The notes: generated from the sequence alone by a model not told the origin. 64,000 nt of DNA from Phoronis australis (GCA_002633005.1 NMRA01000214.1:165316-229315); one strand, 5' to 3'; shown: positions 38,801 to 51,630, numbered from the stretch's first letter. Program-made: numbers and translations.

Positions 38801-41794
38801 CCTGGCTTAACAGATGACTAAAAACATGCAGTAACAGGAGCCCAGAACTCTGCAAACAATTACCCAGTCAATGCAGAGATTCAGAACACAGTGGCCCTAA
38901 CACTTTTTCAGTGAAAAAGTGCACCGTTTATGCGGTTTTTATACAGTAAAATCTCACCAATTTAGCCGCGACACAATAATGGCTAGCCTATGAACTTTTA
39001 ATTTATCATTTCTTCCTTGGAAAACCTGAGGAACCAAATTAAATGTATTTCCATGCTCAGGACGTTCTGCCGTACCACACTTGCCATTACAAAAAGCTTT
39101 GAAAAATTGTGAGTATCCGCAAAAATAGAAGCCCTTGACAAATGAAATAATACAATTTCTGGCAATTATTTTTGTCCGTAATTGGAGATTTTAACCTAAT
39201 TTCATATAAAGTAACATATTGTCAAATTTCCTTTTTCGTACAGCGTTCCCCATAACCTGTTTTTACATGTCGCAGAGTTTGCCACGACCAGTTTGATTCA
39301 CCGGCAAATACTTTGAAAAAACATTCAATACGTAAAGAGCTTGAATTCCCAGTAGCCATTTTGAAAATGTTTGTGAATTTCCGTAATTCCTAAGTTTTTG
39401 TAATGCAGAGCACTATTAAAACAAGGTAAGCTTTGTAGCACTGTAAGTAATCAATTTCTACCAAGATACCCTGGAATGCATTTTAGTAATTTTTTTATCA
39501 AAAATCCTCCCTGCACCACAAGGGGTCATACTACATGGTACAAAACATCTGAGGTATTAGGATACACCTTAAAGGTAAGTATGGGCAAACAAATGATAAC
39601 AACAAACAACTATAGTCAAGCTGGAGAATTTAGGTATTAATCAAACAACAGATGTCTAGCTGAGTGGGGACTATGAAGTGCAGACAGCCTGAGTGTAGCC
39701 TTCATTGTACAAGAGGCGATCACCTGATGGATTGAAATTGAATACAACAATATCCTTGTTGCATCAATCATTGCATTTTCTGACTAAGAGTAAGAGTAAC
39801 AGGCGGTCATGTTGAGGTGATGACCTCGTGTTGATCAGAAATTGACTCACTGAAGATAAAAACATAAGGTACTTTTCCACATATTTCGCACATAAACGAT
39901 CACCAATATTGTTAGTACTCCATTATTCAAAGCCTGATTACTTTACTCTTTCCTTCAAATGATGAAAAATTTACCAAAAATTGATTGATGACATCTACAA
40001 TGTATAAACCATGTTAGCAATAGACTTTAGTGTTTCTCAGTCTTTATCTATGTGGAAAAATTGACAAAATTAGAATTTCTCTGCCGACCCTATTATGTGC
40101 TAAATATGTGAAGAGTAAAGGTATATAATATCAATCTGTGGCCAAACAGTGAAGTGTGAACACCTACAAAGTAAGCAGTACTGCTGTCAGAACAAACATT
40201 AAGGAGTCATAAGATAAATTTTGTCCCACTTCTGTTGACAATCATGGCAAAGCTAGAATGTTGAATTATGGGTCAAAACTAGCCTCGAATTACTGGCCAT
40301 TTTTAATTTAAAAAACTAATGAGCTTGAACAAACAATACAAAAGTATACAGTATTCGGTCACAAGTGTCCCGCAATTGTTTTACATTTTGGATCATGCCC
40401 TATGTTCAGTACTCTTGACATCAATTTAAGTGTGACAAAATTCTACCTTACTTATCTCTAAAAAGGTGTCATTGACCCCCACGACCTCAAACCTATGGGT
40501 CAATTCAGAGGTTACCTTAGTTTATATGCTTTGTCTATATATTCCAATTTTTAGCCAGCACCTTTCATGTGTGTGCTGTGTCTGCTTGTTGTTCCAGAAC
40601 ATTACAAGAAAATTCTGATCAGCTGATCTATCATTACCAATGTCCCCCTACAGTTTCAACTCCAGATGAAATCCGTTTCCACGATCAGATAAGCGAGTCC
40701 ATTCTTGAGAATCTTTTGTTAGAGATCACAAGTCATGAACCAATCAAAACATCCCTCGGTAAAAAAACAAAAACAATTGGCTAATATTTAAGGTACGTAT
40801 TTCTTTGGAAAAAAATCCAACATAACTTTTCAATTTTAGAAGTCAAACAGGGCCAAAAATGGCCAGTTTTTGTCTACATCAGTTCATTTTACTTCAGCCA
40901 GTACTTCATTGCCGTGAACTTATGCTAATTGACTGGTACCATATTATGTCAAAAACAATTGCTTTGCTCTATTATATGAAAAGAATCCTATATTGACACC
41001 CTCACCAGTCAAGATTGGGCAACTCGGCTGGTTAGCGTAACCTTGAGATTTGCTGGCACTGACCAAAGACATCATGCTGCTGCAGTTAATTGCATCGCCT
41101 CAGGCTTTTAGTACGATTTACACTACAAAAGTTGACACAGATCAGCTGACACAGAACGAGATGATCCAGCGCAAGTAGTGTGTAAACAGGACTGACAGGG
41201 AACAAACTGACACCACAGTGACAACTTTTATCACCTGTTTGAGAGGTAGAGCATTACTTGCGCCCAATCATCTTGCTCCGTGTCTACTACCGTCTAAACG
41301 CTGGCGCCAGACTGCAGCAAGGCTGAAGGGATTGTCTATATTGCGCTTGTGCAAAACACGCACATGTAATATGCAGGCAACCATTTTTGCGTTTGTCGTT
41401 CAGCTGTTCAGTGCCTTGTTTTCTAACTTTATCCTGATCACAATTAATTTTGAAAGGAAATTGTCAGGAGTATTACACATAGTTACCACTCAAGCCTGGG
41501 TTCAATTCAAATGCTTGGTTAGGTACAGTAGGCCTATTGATGAAAGTGTTAATCAGCTGGTCACAAAAATCATTTTAGTATAACTCAATATGACGAATTA
41601 TGTACACATGGGGGAATTAGAAACACTGAAACAAAAACAAAAACATCTTTGCACATAAGCACTCCACACTCCTGCCTACAACTTCCGCCTTGCCATCGTT
41701 TCTGAGCAGTTTTGCTACACCGAACATTTTGCGCCATGTCAGTTGCGCCATGTAAAAAGTTGATCTCTAAACGGGACTTAACTGATGTCTAATT

Positions 41795-42130
41795 AACCAG
41801 ATCCATCACAAACATACTGGGGATGACAAATAGTATTTTTAAATCTTAGGTTTGAAAATCTTTTTAAATAACATATTTGAATGGTTCATGAAAAGTATAA
41901 GTGATCACATTTTGAATTTTAATAATCAGACAACAAATGACTTTTACAACCTAAAACTTTTGTATAATCTTGCTGTATTATGTTCCTCATTAATTCTACG
42001 GGGAGTGCAACATAATTGGGCCAATTACCAAACCACCAGGCAGCAGTTGGATTTTTAGGTAAGCCAAGTTTCATCCTGCAATTCTTGGCATGGAAAATTC
42101 AGCCCGTTTTCCAGCACCCTGTACTTGGGT
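41795..42130 (+). repeat. Interspersed repeat, inverted partner of 49700-50050
   Basis: cctcattaattct...tgcaacataattgggccaattaccaaacca is the reverse complement of the 49797-49846 segment. Confidence 0.8.
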
Positions 42131-42624
42131 CAATAGACTTGTACAAAAACCGCTGTGGTGAAGAGGCCAGTTTATCAGAAACACTGATCTAAGGTCCTCA
42201 GTGTTCACTAAAATTATCATGGATGATCACTTTGTCACACTGAATGTATTAAACTTGTATCTGACAAGACTCAGTACACACATCGTGTAGCAGGGCATCT
42301 CTGTTGACATTGAATGACTATTTCTGTGCACAGAACAACCTATTATAAGCATAGAAAAAGTGCATTTCTACACATGAAAAAATACGTACTCATTGAAGAA
42401 CCCTAATAGCCACTTCATTAAACCACAGGAGTGTCCATACTATCTATTGTCAACAATGGATAAAAACATTACGCTGTTGCGCTGACAAACAATACACAAG
42501 ATGAATTTATTTTCTAGACAATTTAGAATACAATCAAAATAGTTCAGAATAATTGTGTATACCACGTACCTGCTAGGCTACAACTACCAGTGTCACTTTA
42601 CCACGTACCTGCTAGGCTACAAGC

Positions 42625-44360
42625 CCAGCCGATTCCCTGAGTGCTGCTAGGTGGGGTGGTAGCCGCGCCAGCACGTAGGTATCACAAATTTTCCGAGGGA
42701 ATTTTTTTTACACCGGCGTTTCTGATTGGCTAGTCAAATTCTCAACAGGCAGCGCTCTTCGCAAACAAACTGGCAGGACTGATGGATTGCAGTGTAAAAA
42801 AGTGGTCTGTTGGGCAGACAAATCGGTGTTTAAAATTTATGTTTATGATACTGTCTTGTATTCACATAGTATGAATAACAAACACACTGTTAAATTGGCC
42901 AGATATGTGTTCATTGTACATGTACCTGCTTCAAGCACGCGGCTATTAAACATCACTGCAGAAACAAAATAGTTGTTGCAACGCCACTTGCATGACAGAG
43001 CTAACAAGAGCAACGCGGAGCGCTGAAATGCGCCCACGAATGCATTGCAAATGGTGTGCTTTTAGGGTTATTTATTTGTATCATAAAAATGGCCACTAGA
43101 TGGCGCAAAAACATACAATCCATTCAAAAACAGGACCATGCCATATTTCATAAAAATCTGTCAAGGAACTTAAGAGAAACAAAGGAAAACGGAATAAAAT
43201 GAAATTGCCAATAGTGGGCACAGTGTCCGTTGGATCTGCCTGAAAGTCGTCATCGTCTGCTGTTATCTTCATATAAACACACTTAATAAATTTAGTAAAG
43301 ATCCTGCAGTGGGTTTAGGAGATACAACTATGGGCGCGAAACAAAACTACCACTAGGAGGCACCAGAGTAGTCAGTCACCATCATCAAAGATCATCTTCA
43401 CACTGAGAACATATATGCCAATTTTCAAATGATTTGGTTGATACAGGGGTGGATACCAAAAACAAGATTTGAAAACAGCAAAAAATGGCCACTAGGTAGT
43501 GCAAAATACCTCGACTCCATCCAAAAACAGGAAGATAGCGTCATCACACCAATAGATGCCTATATATAAAATTTTTTGAAAATCTGTTGAGGACCTTTGA
43601 AAATACTGAGTTAAACGTAAGAAAACTAACATCATGTAAATACACTTGCTAAATTAAGTAAAGATCCTGCGAGCGATTTAGGAGATACAGCCATAGGCGC
43701 AACAAAAACAAAACTGCCGCTAGGAGGCACCACAGTACTCGAAATCATCGGAAAATCATTGTCAACCATCCTCTTTATAGTAAGCACATACATGCCAATT
43801 TTCACAATCATCCTTTGAGCGCTTTGGTTGATAGAGGGGTGGACGCAAAAAACAGACTCGAAAACAGTAAAAATGGCCACTAGCTCGCGCAAACTAAGTC
43901 GAATCCATTCGAAAACAAAAGGATAGCGTCACCTCCCTAATAGGTGCCTACACACCGAATTTCATGAAAATCCGTTCAGGACTTTTGAAGATACAAAGAC
44001 AAGCGTAAAAACTAAAATTGCCACTAGGGGGCACACCGGTAGTCGGATCCGTCCGAAACTTCGCTCATGCCGTCCCATTCACGAATGGAATATATGTACC
44101 AAAGTCTATGAACGTAAGTCAAAGGGTTTTAGAGATAGAGCAGCGGACACCGGACGGACGCCGCCCGGACGGAGATGACGGCATAATGCGTCCACATATA
44201 AAATATGTGTGGGCGCCTAAAACTTGTTCACAGTCCTCCATTTTTTCACGGTGTTGTAAAGCTTACCAATGACTGCTGAGGTTACATCAACCAATGCTAA
44301 AGTGCGTGCCACTGCGGGATACCTGCGTGCTGGCTAGGCACATAGGGGACCAGCGAGACA
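42625..44360. mobile_element. Element with inverted ends inserted into a 38-bp minisatellite; contains the repeat element 43080-44222
   Basis: GCCAGCACGTAGGTATC (near 42667) and GATACCTGCGTGCTGGC (near 44318) are inverted; CCAGTGTCACTTTACCACGTACCTGCTAGGCTACAAGC units on both sides. Confidence 0.55.
43080..44222 (+). mobile_element. Helentron-associated (HINE/DINE-1-like) non-autonomous element with internal tandem repeats
   Basis: Diverged repeats of about 120-150 bp, a (CGGA)n-like microsatellite at 44144-44173, terminal hairpin CGTCCACATATA..TATGTGTGGGCG followed by TAAAA. Confidence 0.6.
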
Positions 44361-47300
44361 ACCCAGTGTCACTTTACCACGTACCTGATAGGCTACAAGC
44401 CCAGTCTCACTTTCGGGTTGTACTGCACTAAACAAAAACTCAGGTGTAAGCCTGCCCCAGTTATGTTTTACATTAAAACTCTGCTTTTTAATGACCTAAA
44501 CTAAAGTAAGTAACTTTAACGGGAAAATCCATCAGAGTTGGCAGTCCTATGTTACTTTGGTTCTCCCATAGTCTAGACTTTAGCTGACTAAAATCATAAA
44601 AAACAGGAAAACAATCACAATTTTCCCTCTGCAACAACGTTTCCCCAATAGCCAAAAGAAACACCCCCCCACAAACACACAAACACCTGTAACACAACAG
44701 GAGAGACATGTCCATAGGATTAGTACCAGACACTACCAACATCTAAGTGGCACAATGATAATTAACTAGAAGAGTAATACCCATGCCTAAGGCTGAGTAG
44801 TCTACTTCACAAACAAATGAAAATATTAACCCAGCTACAATACAAGGAGATGGTGAGCAAGAACATTTCAGAGATCCGTAGTGTTTTGAATTTACATCTC
44901 AAATCCCTAGCATGGTTTCTTCTCGCATTTACCATTGCGTTAAACAGTTTACCAGTTATACCTGGCTAACGAAAACGAGAATATTTTAACGAAACTTTAG
45001 CTGGGTCTAGTTTTATCAACAACTAGCAGTGATTATCAGATTTTGATGAAGCATTAATTACGTTTTCATACAATGTGAGTTGCTGTATTACATCATGTGA
45101 CTTAATGATCAACAAATCCTAACAGTTTTGTCTAAACTGATGTTCCAACCCCCACCTGCAGCTATCCCAGCAGACATTCTGGTTTAATGAACACTGAACA
45201 ACCAGGACCACCAGCGGATGGTGGTACAATCCCCGGTGCTCATATTAGTATATTTATTTTCATATTCATTAATCTAGGTTATGAGTTGAGAGGGTCAATG
45301 TAAAATTACTCCAATTGATCTGTTCAAGAAAAATACCTGATGCTTCAATCAGTGGGCCAAGGATCATATCTTAATCACAACCTTGGCTAAATGACAACCT
45401 TATCCACTGGGCAGCTGGAGAAACCAGACATAAGGTCAGACATTGTTGACTTATCTAAATCATAGACCCATCAGACACAAGTTCTCAGACATTACCAATG
45501 GATAAGCTCATTTCAATGAGCTAAGAAAGAAAGGGTCCTTCTTAAAAGATATCTCAAATCACATTCATAACAATTGGTTGCTTTTACACTTCACGTGTGT
45601 CTAGCAAAATGCTTCATCTTCATTTTCAGGGAACTTCAAATACGAATATACCCTGTAGTGAGAGAAAAAAATTTGACAGAACCATTTTGGAACCGCAGGA
45701 CCATATAGACTTTTGTTTCTATTATCCGAGGTCAAAGGTTACAAGAATGTCATTGAAATGGAATCTCCTGCTGGAGTCGGGCATAGAGCAATTTCGTATG
45801 TACCCTCAGTCCATTCATTCACTAAGTCACCATTATGCCATGGTAACTAGGTGTACATAGCATAGAAGGATGGCGTGGAAAATGAAGATAAAATGTAGGG
45901 TTTATCCCGAGAGAGTTGTGCGTCAATATGCATAAGACCATTGAGAATCCAAGCACCAGTCCGAGTCGCTAGAACGATCTCTGACACTTAGTGTTCCCTA
46001 ACACAGCAAGTTGTTAAAAAGATAAACCTGCCCTGAAATTCATTAATTTGGTCGGTAATTTAGCATAACGTTGTTTTGATCTCGTGCTCACAGTGCAGTT
46101 TAATCACAAATAGATTTCAATTGTTCGTTCCGTACTTGGTTTCTTGGTATCATTCTCCCCATAGTGTGGTGTGTATACAATGAACTGTTAGCCTACTTTC
46201 TGGTGACTCCGCCTTCTGACCTAGATAACACGAGGAACAGGAAACCCCACGTACAAAATTGAAACGTTTCAGTTAAGTTAATTATACACTGCAAATTCTG
46301 TTGACATTGAGAGTGAATGTTAAAATAGAAAACTTGATTAAGGCATGTGTAGATTGACCAAAAACAACGATGACGTGAATACAAAGTAGGCTGAAATTTT
46401 CCAAATATTTTTAAGTATGACTTTCGTGTAGAAAATGATCTGCCGCAAATCACACAACAGTGTCCATTAAGTATCATGACGTGATGGCAGTGGTGGTGGG
46501 GAATAACACCGCATGGTGCAGGCTATATGAGTCCACGAGATACGTCATTAGTGCAAAGGTCACCTATTTTTGCAGAATTTTCACATTTACAAGTTGTCAA
46601 TGAATACAACTGCACTTTGTTTAGCACAGATGATGTTAAAATAGCACTGCCAGTTTAGTTAATGCTACACATTAGCATAGTTGGGAGCATATAAATGCAT
46701 CTTTAAGTGGCTACCAACAGAATATGAGGCAAGCTCAAATGCGCTTTCATGAAACTGGCAACTCAGCTATACATACACAGTTTATCCTAACATCACATGA
46801 CAGACGCTGTAACCTGACCAACACATATACCTCATGCTCCCAGTCAGGCACTGTTGCTATACTCACCAGTTATCATTGTCAGATACACACAATACTGAAT
46901 CAAAAATCAGCCATCGAATTTCACAACTAACTATTTACCAGAATGCATAATTTTAACGCCTCACTGTACAAATCACAGACATGGACACCATATTATTATT
47001 TCTGAATGGAAGGATAACTTCGTGGCGAGCTCCAGTATACTTTGACAGGGAGATTGGTTCATTATCACATCTGTAATTTTGCAATTTCTGGTCCAAACCA
47101 GGTTTTCAAAACAAGAACATCCACAACAGGTTTCCAGAGCATCCGCGAGAGTGATTCTATGACACCAAGTCAAATAGCTGTTACTACCTGGTAATACCTA
47201 AAGTTTGGGCAGTCTCTAAAATTTCATGGGACACCGAAGTTCAAGCCAAATTATTTGGATTCTAAAGATTGGGAAGTGGGTGAGTTTGGCATTCAATATA

Positions 47301-48559
47301 TTTCTCAAAATAACGTTTTAAATCAGCAGAGCCTCAAAACAGACTCGACAGTTCAGAACATCGTAGACACTAGCCGGCTAGGCAACGTTGTCATTCTGGA
47401 ATTTGGGACAGTCAGTATTGTCTATTTCTAAAATTTGGTATAAGATCCAACCTTGAGCAAAATGATGAAATTTCCGCTGCTCCAGATTGGAGAATTTTCA
47501 CTATAAACTGCAGTGCTCAGTATGTAACTCCGGGAATACAAGTGTAACAAACATCACATCTTAACTAACTTTCTTATTCTTGACAAGCCAATGAGCTCCA
47601 AGAGCTGCTGTTACCAAGTTTAAAAACACCAATGTTTCCTTGATTACTTTGCTGAACAGGGTTTTCTAGCTAGCGTATCAGGGTGTCAGAATGTCCATTG
47701 GAATATGCTTGACGCCTGCTAGACAAAAACCTGGATCAAACTGTTGGTACTTGCTATGATTAGGTAGACCCCCACCAAATACTACGAAAGTCTGAAATGA
47801 TTAAAAGACACTGAAAGACACTTACTTTAAAGCACTGATGTATCACCATTCAGGGATTTCTGATTATAACACTTCAAACTTTTAACTGATTGGAACGATT
47901 ACAATTATGAACTAAGGTAGCAATTTGTATTTACACACTAACTGAGAATATGTGAGCCTCGGGGACTGGAGTATCACACAAGTCATCACTGTTACTGACA
48001 TCTCAATAAATTGGCCTTTCTAGGCATAGCTGGCTCTTAGATGGGTAGGCAGCCCACCCTCCCCCTTTGCACACGGTCAAAAAATACCGCCAGTATGTCA
48101 TTTTAGGTACAACATGAATACATTTCCCTCAACAACTGTGTTTGCGACATCTGAGATACACCTGTGGTAGGTCAGTGTTCTACGTGCACTAAAAACAACT
48201 TGTGTTAGCCAGATGGAGAACAGTTCAGATTTGTACCGTAACACTGGACAAAGTTTCAGCTACATATAGCTACTGCTGCAACGTCATCTGGCAAAAAGCA
48301 TCTACACGTTATGAAAAACAAAAAGGTGTGACCACTACTGCAACGCAGGCGCGAGGTATTGGGCAACAGTAAAGTCTTTGGCTACACTAAAATCTCACCA
48401 GTTTAGGACACAATATGCCAGACAAGCCAAATTTTAATATTCACTTTTTGCATGAACCATAAGTAGCACAAAATGAAGGCTTTATCAGTTTTAACGTGTA
48501 TAACACAGCTAACTCCTAACAATGCTTTGATAAACCCAGGGCATTCACAACAATGTTAG

Positions 48560-48722
48560 GAACATATATTAATAAAAACAATGAGGGATTTAAACCAGCT
48601 TGACATGTTTCAGTGTTTATTTAAACACCAACAAAGTAGCCACTGTTTTTTCTTCTGAGGATGGTGTTTCAATAAACCCTGAAACATGTCAAGCTGGTTG
48701 TCGTTTGTTTATTAACATATGC
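48560..48722. mobile_element. Inverted pair of Penelope-like terminal repeats forming a hairpin
   Basis: aaccagcttgacatgtttcagtgtttatttaaacacca / tggtgtttcaataaaccctgaaacatgtcaagctggtt; same family as the 13593-13638 motif beside the GIY-YIG ORF. Confidence 0.75.
48652..48693 (+). ncRNA. Minimal type I hammerhead ribozyme motif
   Basis: CTT-CTGAGGA-TGGTGTTT-CAAT-AAACCCT-GAAAC-AT-GTC-AAG: intact core, GUC site at 48688-48690, base of stem II mismatched. Confidence 0.7.
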
Positions 48723-49224
48723 TGCTACTTGCTATCATGAAAATGTGGAGTCTTTGAAAAATGAAAAAAAGAAAACACTCTCACAAACCACAATGACGTT
48801 CGAGCGACCCTGATTTTCCGTTTAGCTAACAATAAATTCCATATTGTAAATTACCAAATTCCGTTTTACATAATATCTTCCAATTTTAAGGAATTAAGAT
48901 TTCAAAAATGACCTGGGAATCGCCATTTATCTTCTGCTGAATTAGGTCAGTATTCAGTTTTACAGATAACTTACTGCATGCCATGTTTGTTTCTCAAAAC
49001 CTTGTAAAAAAGCACCACCTTCAGAAAGAATGAAAAACTACTTGAACTTGTCCACTGCAAAACGACTGCACTCTGATTTGTGACCATAATCGTGGAATTT
49101 GATGGATTTATATTCTTAATGTTTGGTAATTAAAACCAAAAATATCCGAATTACGTTATTTACTACTGAAATGTCTGAATTTTGTTCAAACCATTTAATT
49201 TCATGAATGAAGTCAAATTGTACA

Positions 49225-49515
49225 TGGCGTACTGACGAGACTTAAAAATGTTTGTGATATGCATTAGCACGCCAGTTTAAGAGTTACACAATTATACATA
49301 CACTCAGGAGTTCAAGGGCATGATGTCCACTACTAAGTCTGATTGGATTGCTGTGTTCGACCGGTGGTCCCGATGGCTCAGTGGACTAGTGTTTACACGG
49401 TTAGCAGGAAGTCCCAGGATCCAAGTCCCAGTTGGGGCACAAATCTTTTCATATTCACCAGGTCACTAGATGTGGCCACAGGTGGCATACTGACCAAACT
49501 TAAAAATGTTTGTGA
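49225..49515 (+). mobile_element. tRNA-derived SINE or retrozyme-like unit with terminal direct repeats (period 258 bp)
   Basis: A box TGGCTCAGTGG (49374-49384), B-box-like GGATCCAAGTCCC (49417-49429); repeats TGGCRTACTGAC..ACTTAAAAATGTTTGTGA at 49225 and 49483; related fragments at 54080-54185. Confidence 0.6.
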
Positions 49516-49699
49516 AGTTTAATTCTGTAAATTCCGTCCTTCTCCACTATTGCGGAAAATCAGGATCTCTAAAGTCCTCATAAACATACTTCATTTATCT
49601 GGAGCTGCAGTTTTTTTCTCATGTGCTGGAATTATGCTTACACAAACTCTCTTTTCACCAACTCCCAGTTGTAATGTATAGACAGGCCTCATACATCAT

Positions 49700-50050
49700 A
49701 CCAAGCACGTGCTACCAAAAGCGGCAAATTGTGCCTTTTGCATGCCAAGAATTGTAGGATGATACTTGGCCTACCAAAAAATCCAATGCTCCCTGCTGGT
49801 TTGGTAATTGGCCCATTATGTTGCACACCCCACAGAATTAATGAGGCACAGAATACTGACTGGACTAGGCGTGAGCTATGGGCAACATTCGGTTAAAATT
49901 CACAGGCTTCAAGTCACATTTGTTGTCCGATTTTAAAAATTCAAAAACCAAACAACATCTCCTTTTATGAATGATTCAAATATGCCATTTAAAAACATTC
50001 AAATCGAAAATTTAAAAAAAAAATCCGTCGCCCCCAGTGGGTCTGATTAT
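49700..50050 (-). repeat. Interspersed repeat, inverted partner of 41795-42130
   Basis: Colinear reverse-complement similarity over about 330 bp. Confidence 0.8.
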
Positions 50051-50609
50051 CTAAGAAGGATAACATCATCAGCTTGAGGCAATTTAATTAACCACAACAG
50101 CATGAGGTCTTTTATCGGAATGGGCAATTCCTGAGGTAGGCAAACCGGTTGAGTTGTCCAACCTCGACCGTTTTTGTGTGTCAACGTAGGATTCTTGTCA
50201 CATGTCAGTCGTAAAATGAAATGCGTGTTCTTAAGTACGGTGAATGTGCTGAAGAGCTTTAGCAATGTGAAAAGCGAACTTTCCAACACAAAGTCTCAGT
50301 GTTTCTTTCACAAAACTGCTATAGAGAAAAGACCTATAGAAACTACCGAGATAGGACACTCCGATCAGGAGAGGGTGTTGTAGAGGCACGCTGACCACTC
50401 TGGTGGTTATTTCGCCCAGTCAGGCATCCATGTCTATGGTAGGTAAATGAAAGGATGCACCAGCTTTATCCCATAGTTGGTAGACAATCTCCAAGGCCCA
50501 ACTCAAACTCATATTTGACAAGGGGTAGCAACCACCAAGGGACGGAGCAAAAACTAGTCAGAAACTTTAAAGGATACCAAACCCGGTTTTGGCCTATCAA
50601 CAGATATTT

Positions 50610-50790
50610 AAATTCTCTGAAACGAAATAATTTTCTATAACCCTCGACACTCTCAAAAGTTTGGAAGAACATTTGATACTCCTTTCGAAGTCTGCTAAAT
50701 GTGTAAGCATGACCTATGCTTTTCGCGAATCAGAAGGCAACTGTGGGGAAAGACCACCCACAAAGGACTATAACATCCAATCTGTGACAC
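50610..50790 (+). repeat. Interspersed repeat, second copy at about 56025-56175
   Basis: Shared ctctgaaac...ctcaaaagtttgga...ggcaactgtgggg..aaagaccaccca...atccaatctgtg. Confidence 0.75.
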
Positions 50791-51041
50791 AACCTTTAAG
50801 TCGATTCCTGCTTTTATGTTTAAAGATTGACGCCAATGATGCATTAGCAGGTGACCGAACGAGGATTGGCTGAAATCGTCAAAACAGGGTTTAGTACCCT
50901 TTTAAATCCTAACAGTTTCCAGTTAGCCCTAGAAACCATTTCTATCAACCTTAGCTGGTCCTAACACAATTTAGGGCAAGGCTATATATGTAACTGATTA
51001 TGCACAACATAGAAACAAACATCAACACGAGGCAATCCTAC

Positions 51042-51092
51042 CTGCAGTTAGGAGGAGGATCATCTGTGATTTCTGCCAACTCCTTTTGTATC
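51042..51092 (-). CDS. UBE2E: UBE2E-class E2, coding exon 2
   Basis: (R)IQKELAEITDDPPPNC(S); tttcag| acceptor, |gtagga donor; phase 2-2. Confidence 0.93.
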
Positions 51093-51502
51093 CTGAAAGC
51101 AGACGGAGCATAGCTTAATTGGACGTCAAATCATATCAAAAGTCAATTGTCACATTGGCTGATAGTGCAAACCAACATGGCGTATTCAACCCAAGTTAAC
51201 AATTGAAAGTTATCAAACGTATTTCTAAAAGAAACACACAAAGTAAGTATTTCATTTTCAAGCAAAAGCTGCCTTAACTACTGAATGAAGTTTCCCAACA
51301 GTTAATTCTCAAACAGAATTCACGTCACCGAAGAAATAACACTTTTAAGCTTATATGCAAATGAGCTGAAATCAATCCCTGGCTTTGGTCTCGGAGAATT
51401 GATCATTTCCCAGAAGACTGAACGGTTTCAAGATTAGCAAATAGAATGTTTATTTAACAGCTTGAACTTCAGTTATTCAGACACTATTGGAAATCCAATA
51501 AC

Positions 51503-51630
51503 CTTTTGAAACTTGTAGAGGAATTCTTATTCGTCTTTGCGACTGATTTCGTGCCACTTGGCCCCGGTTGATCTTCACGGCGTGACCGACCGTTCGCCCG
51601 TCCTTTCGCCGAGGAACTTGGACTTGCCAT
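51503..51630 (-). CDS. UBE2E: UBE2E-class E2, coding exon 1 (disordered N-terminal extension)
   Basis: MASPSSSAKGRANGRSRREDQPGPSGTKSVAKTNKNSSTSFK(R); acceptor cttcag| 3 nt before the ATG; phase-2 donor; STSFKRIQKEL matches UBE2E STSAKRIQKEL; full CDS 209 aa. Confidence 0.88.

Noticed and set aside
49367-49438. Possible tRNA gene
   Set aside because: A and B boxes are present, but the anticodon and T arms do not pair properly and it sits in a repeat unit, so it is treated as tRNA-derived.
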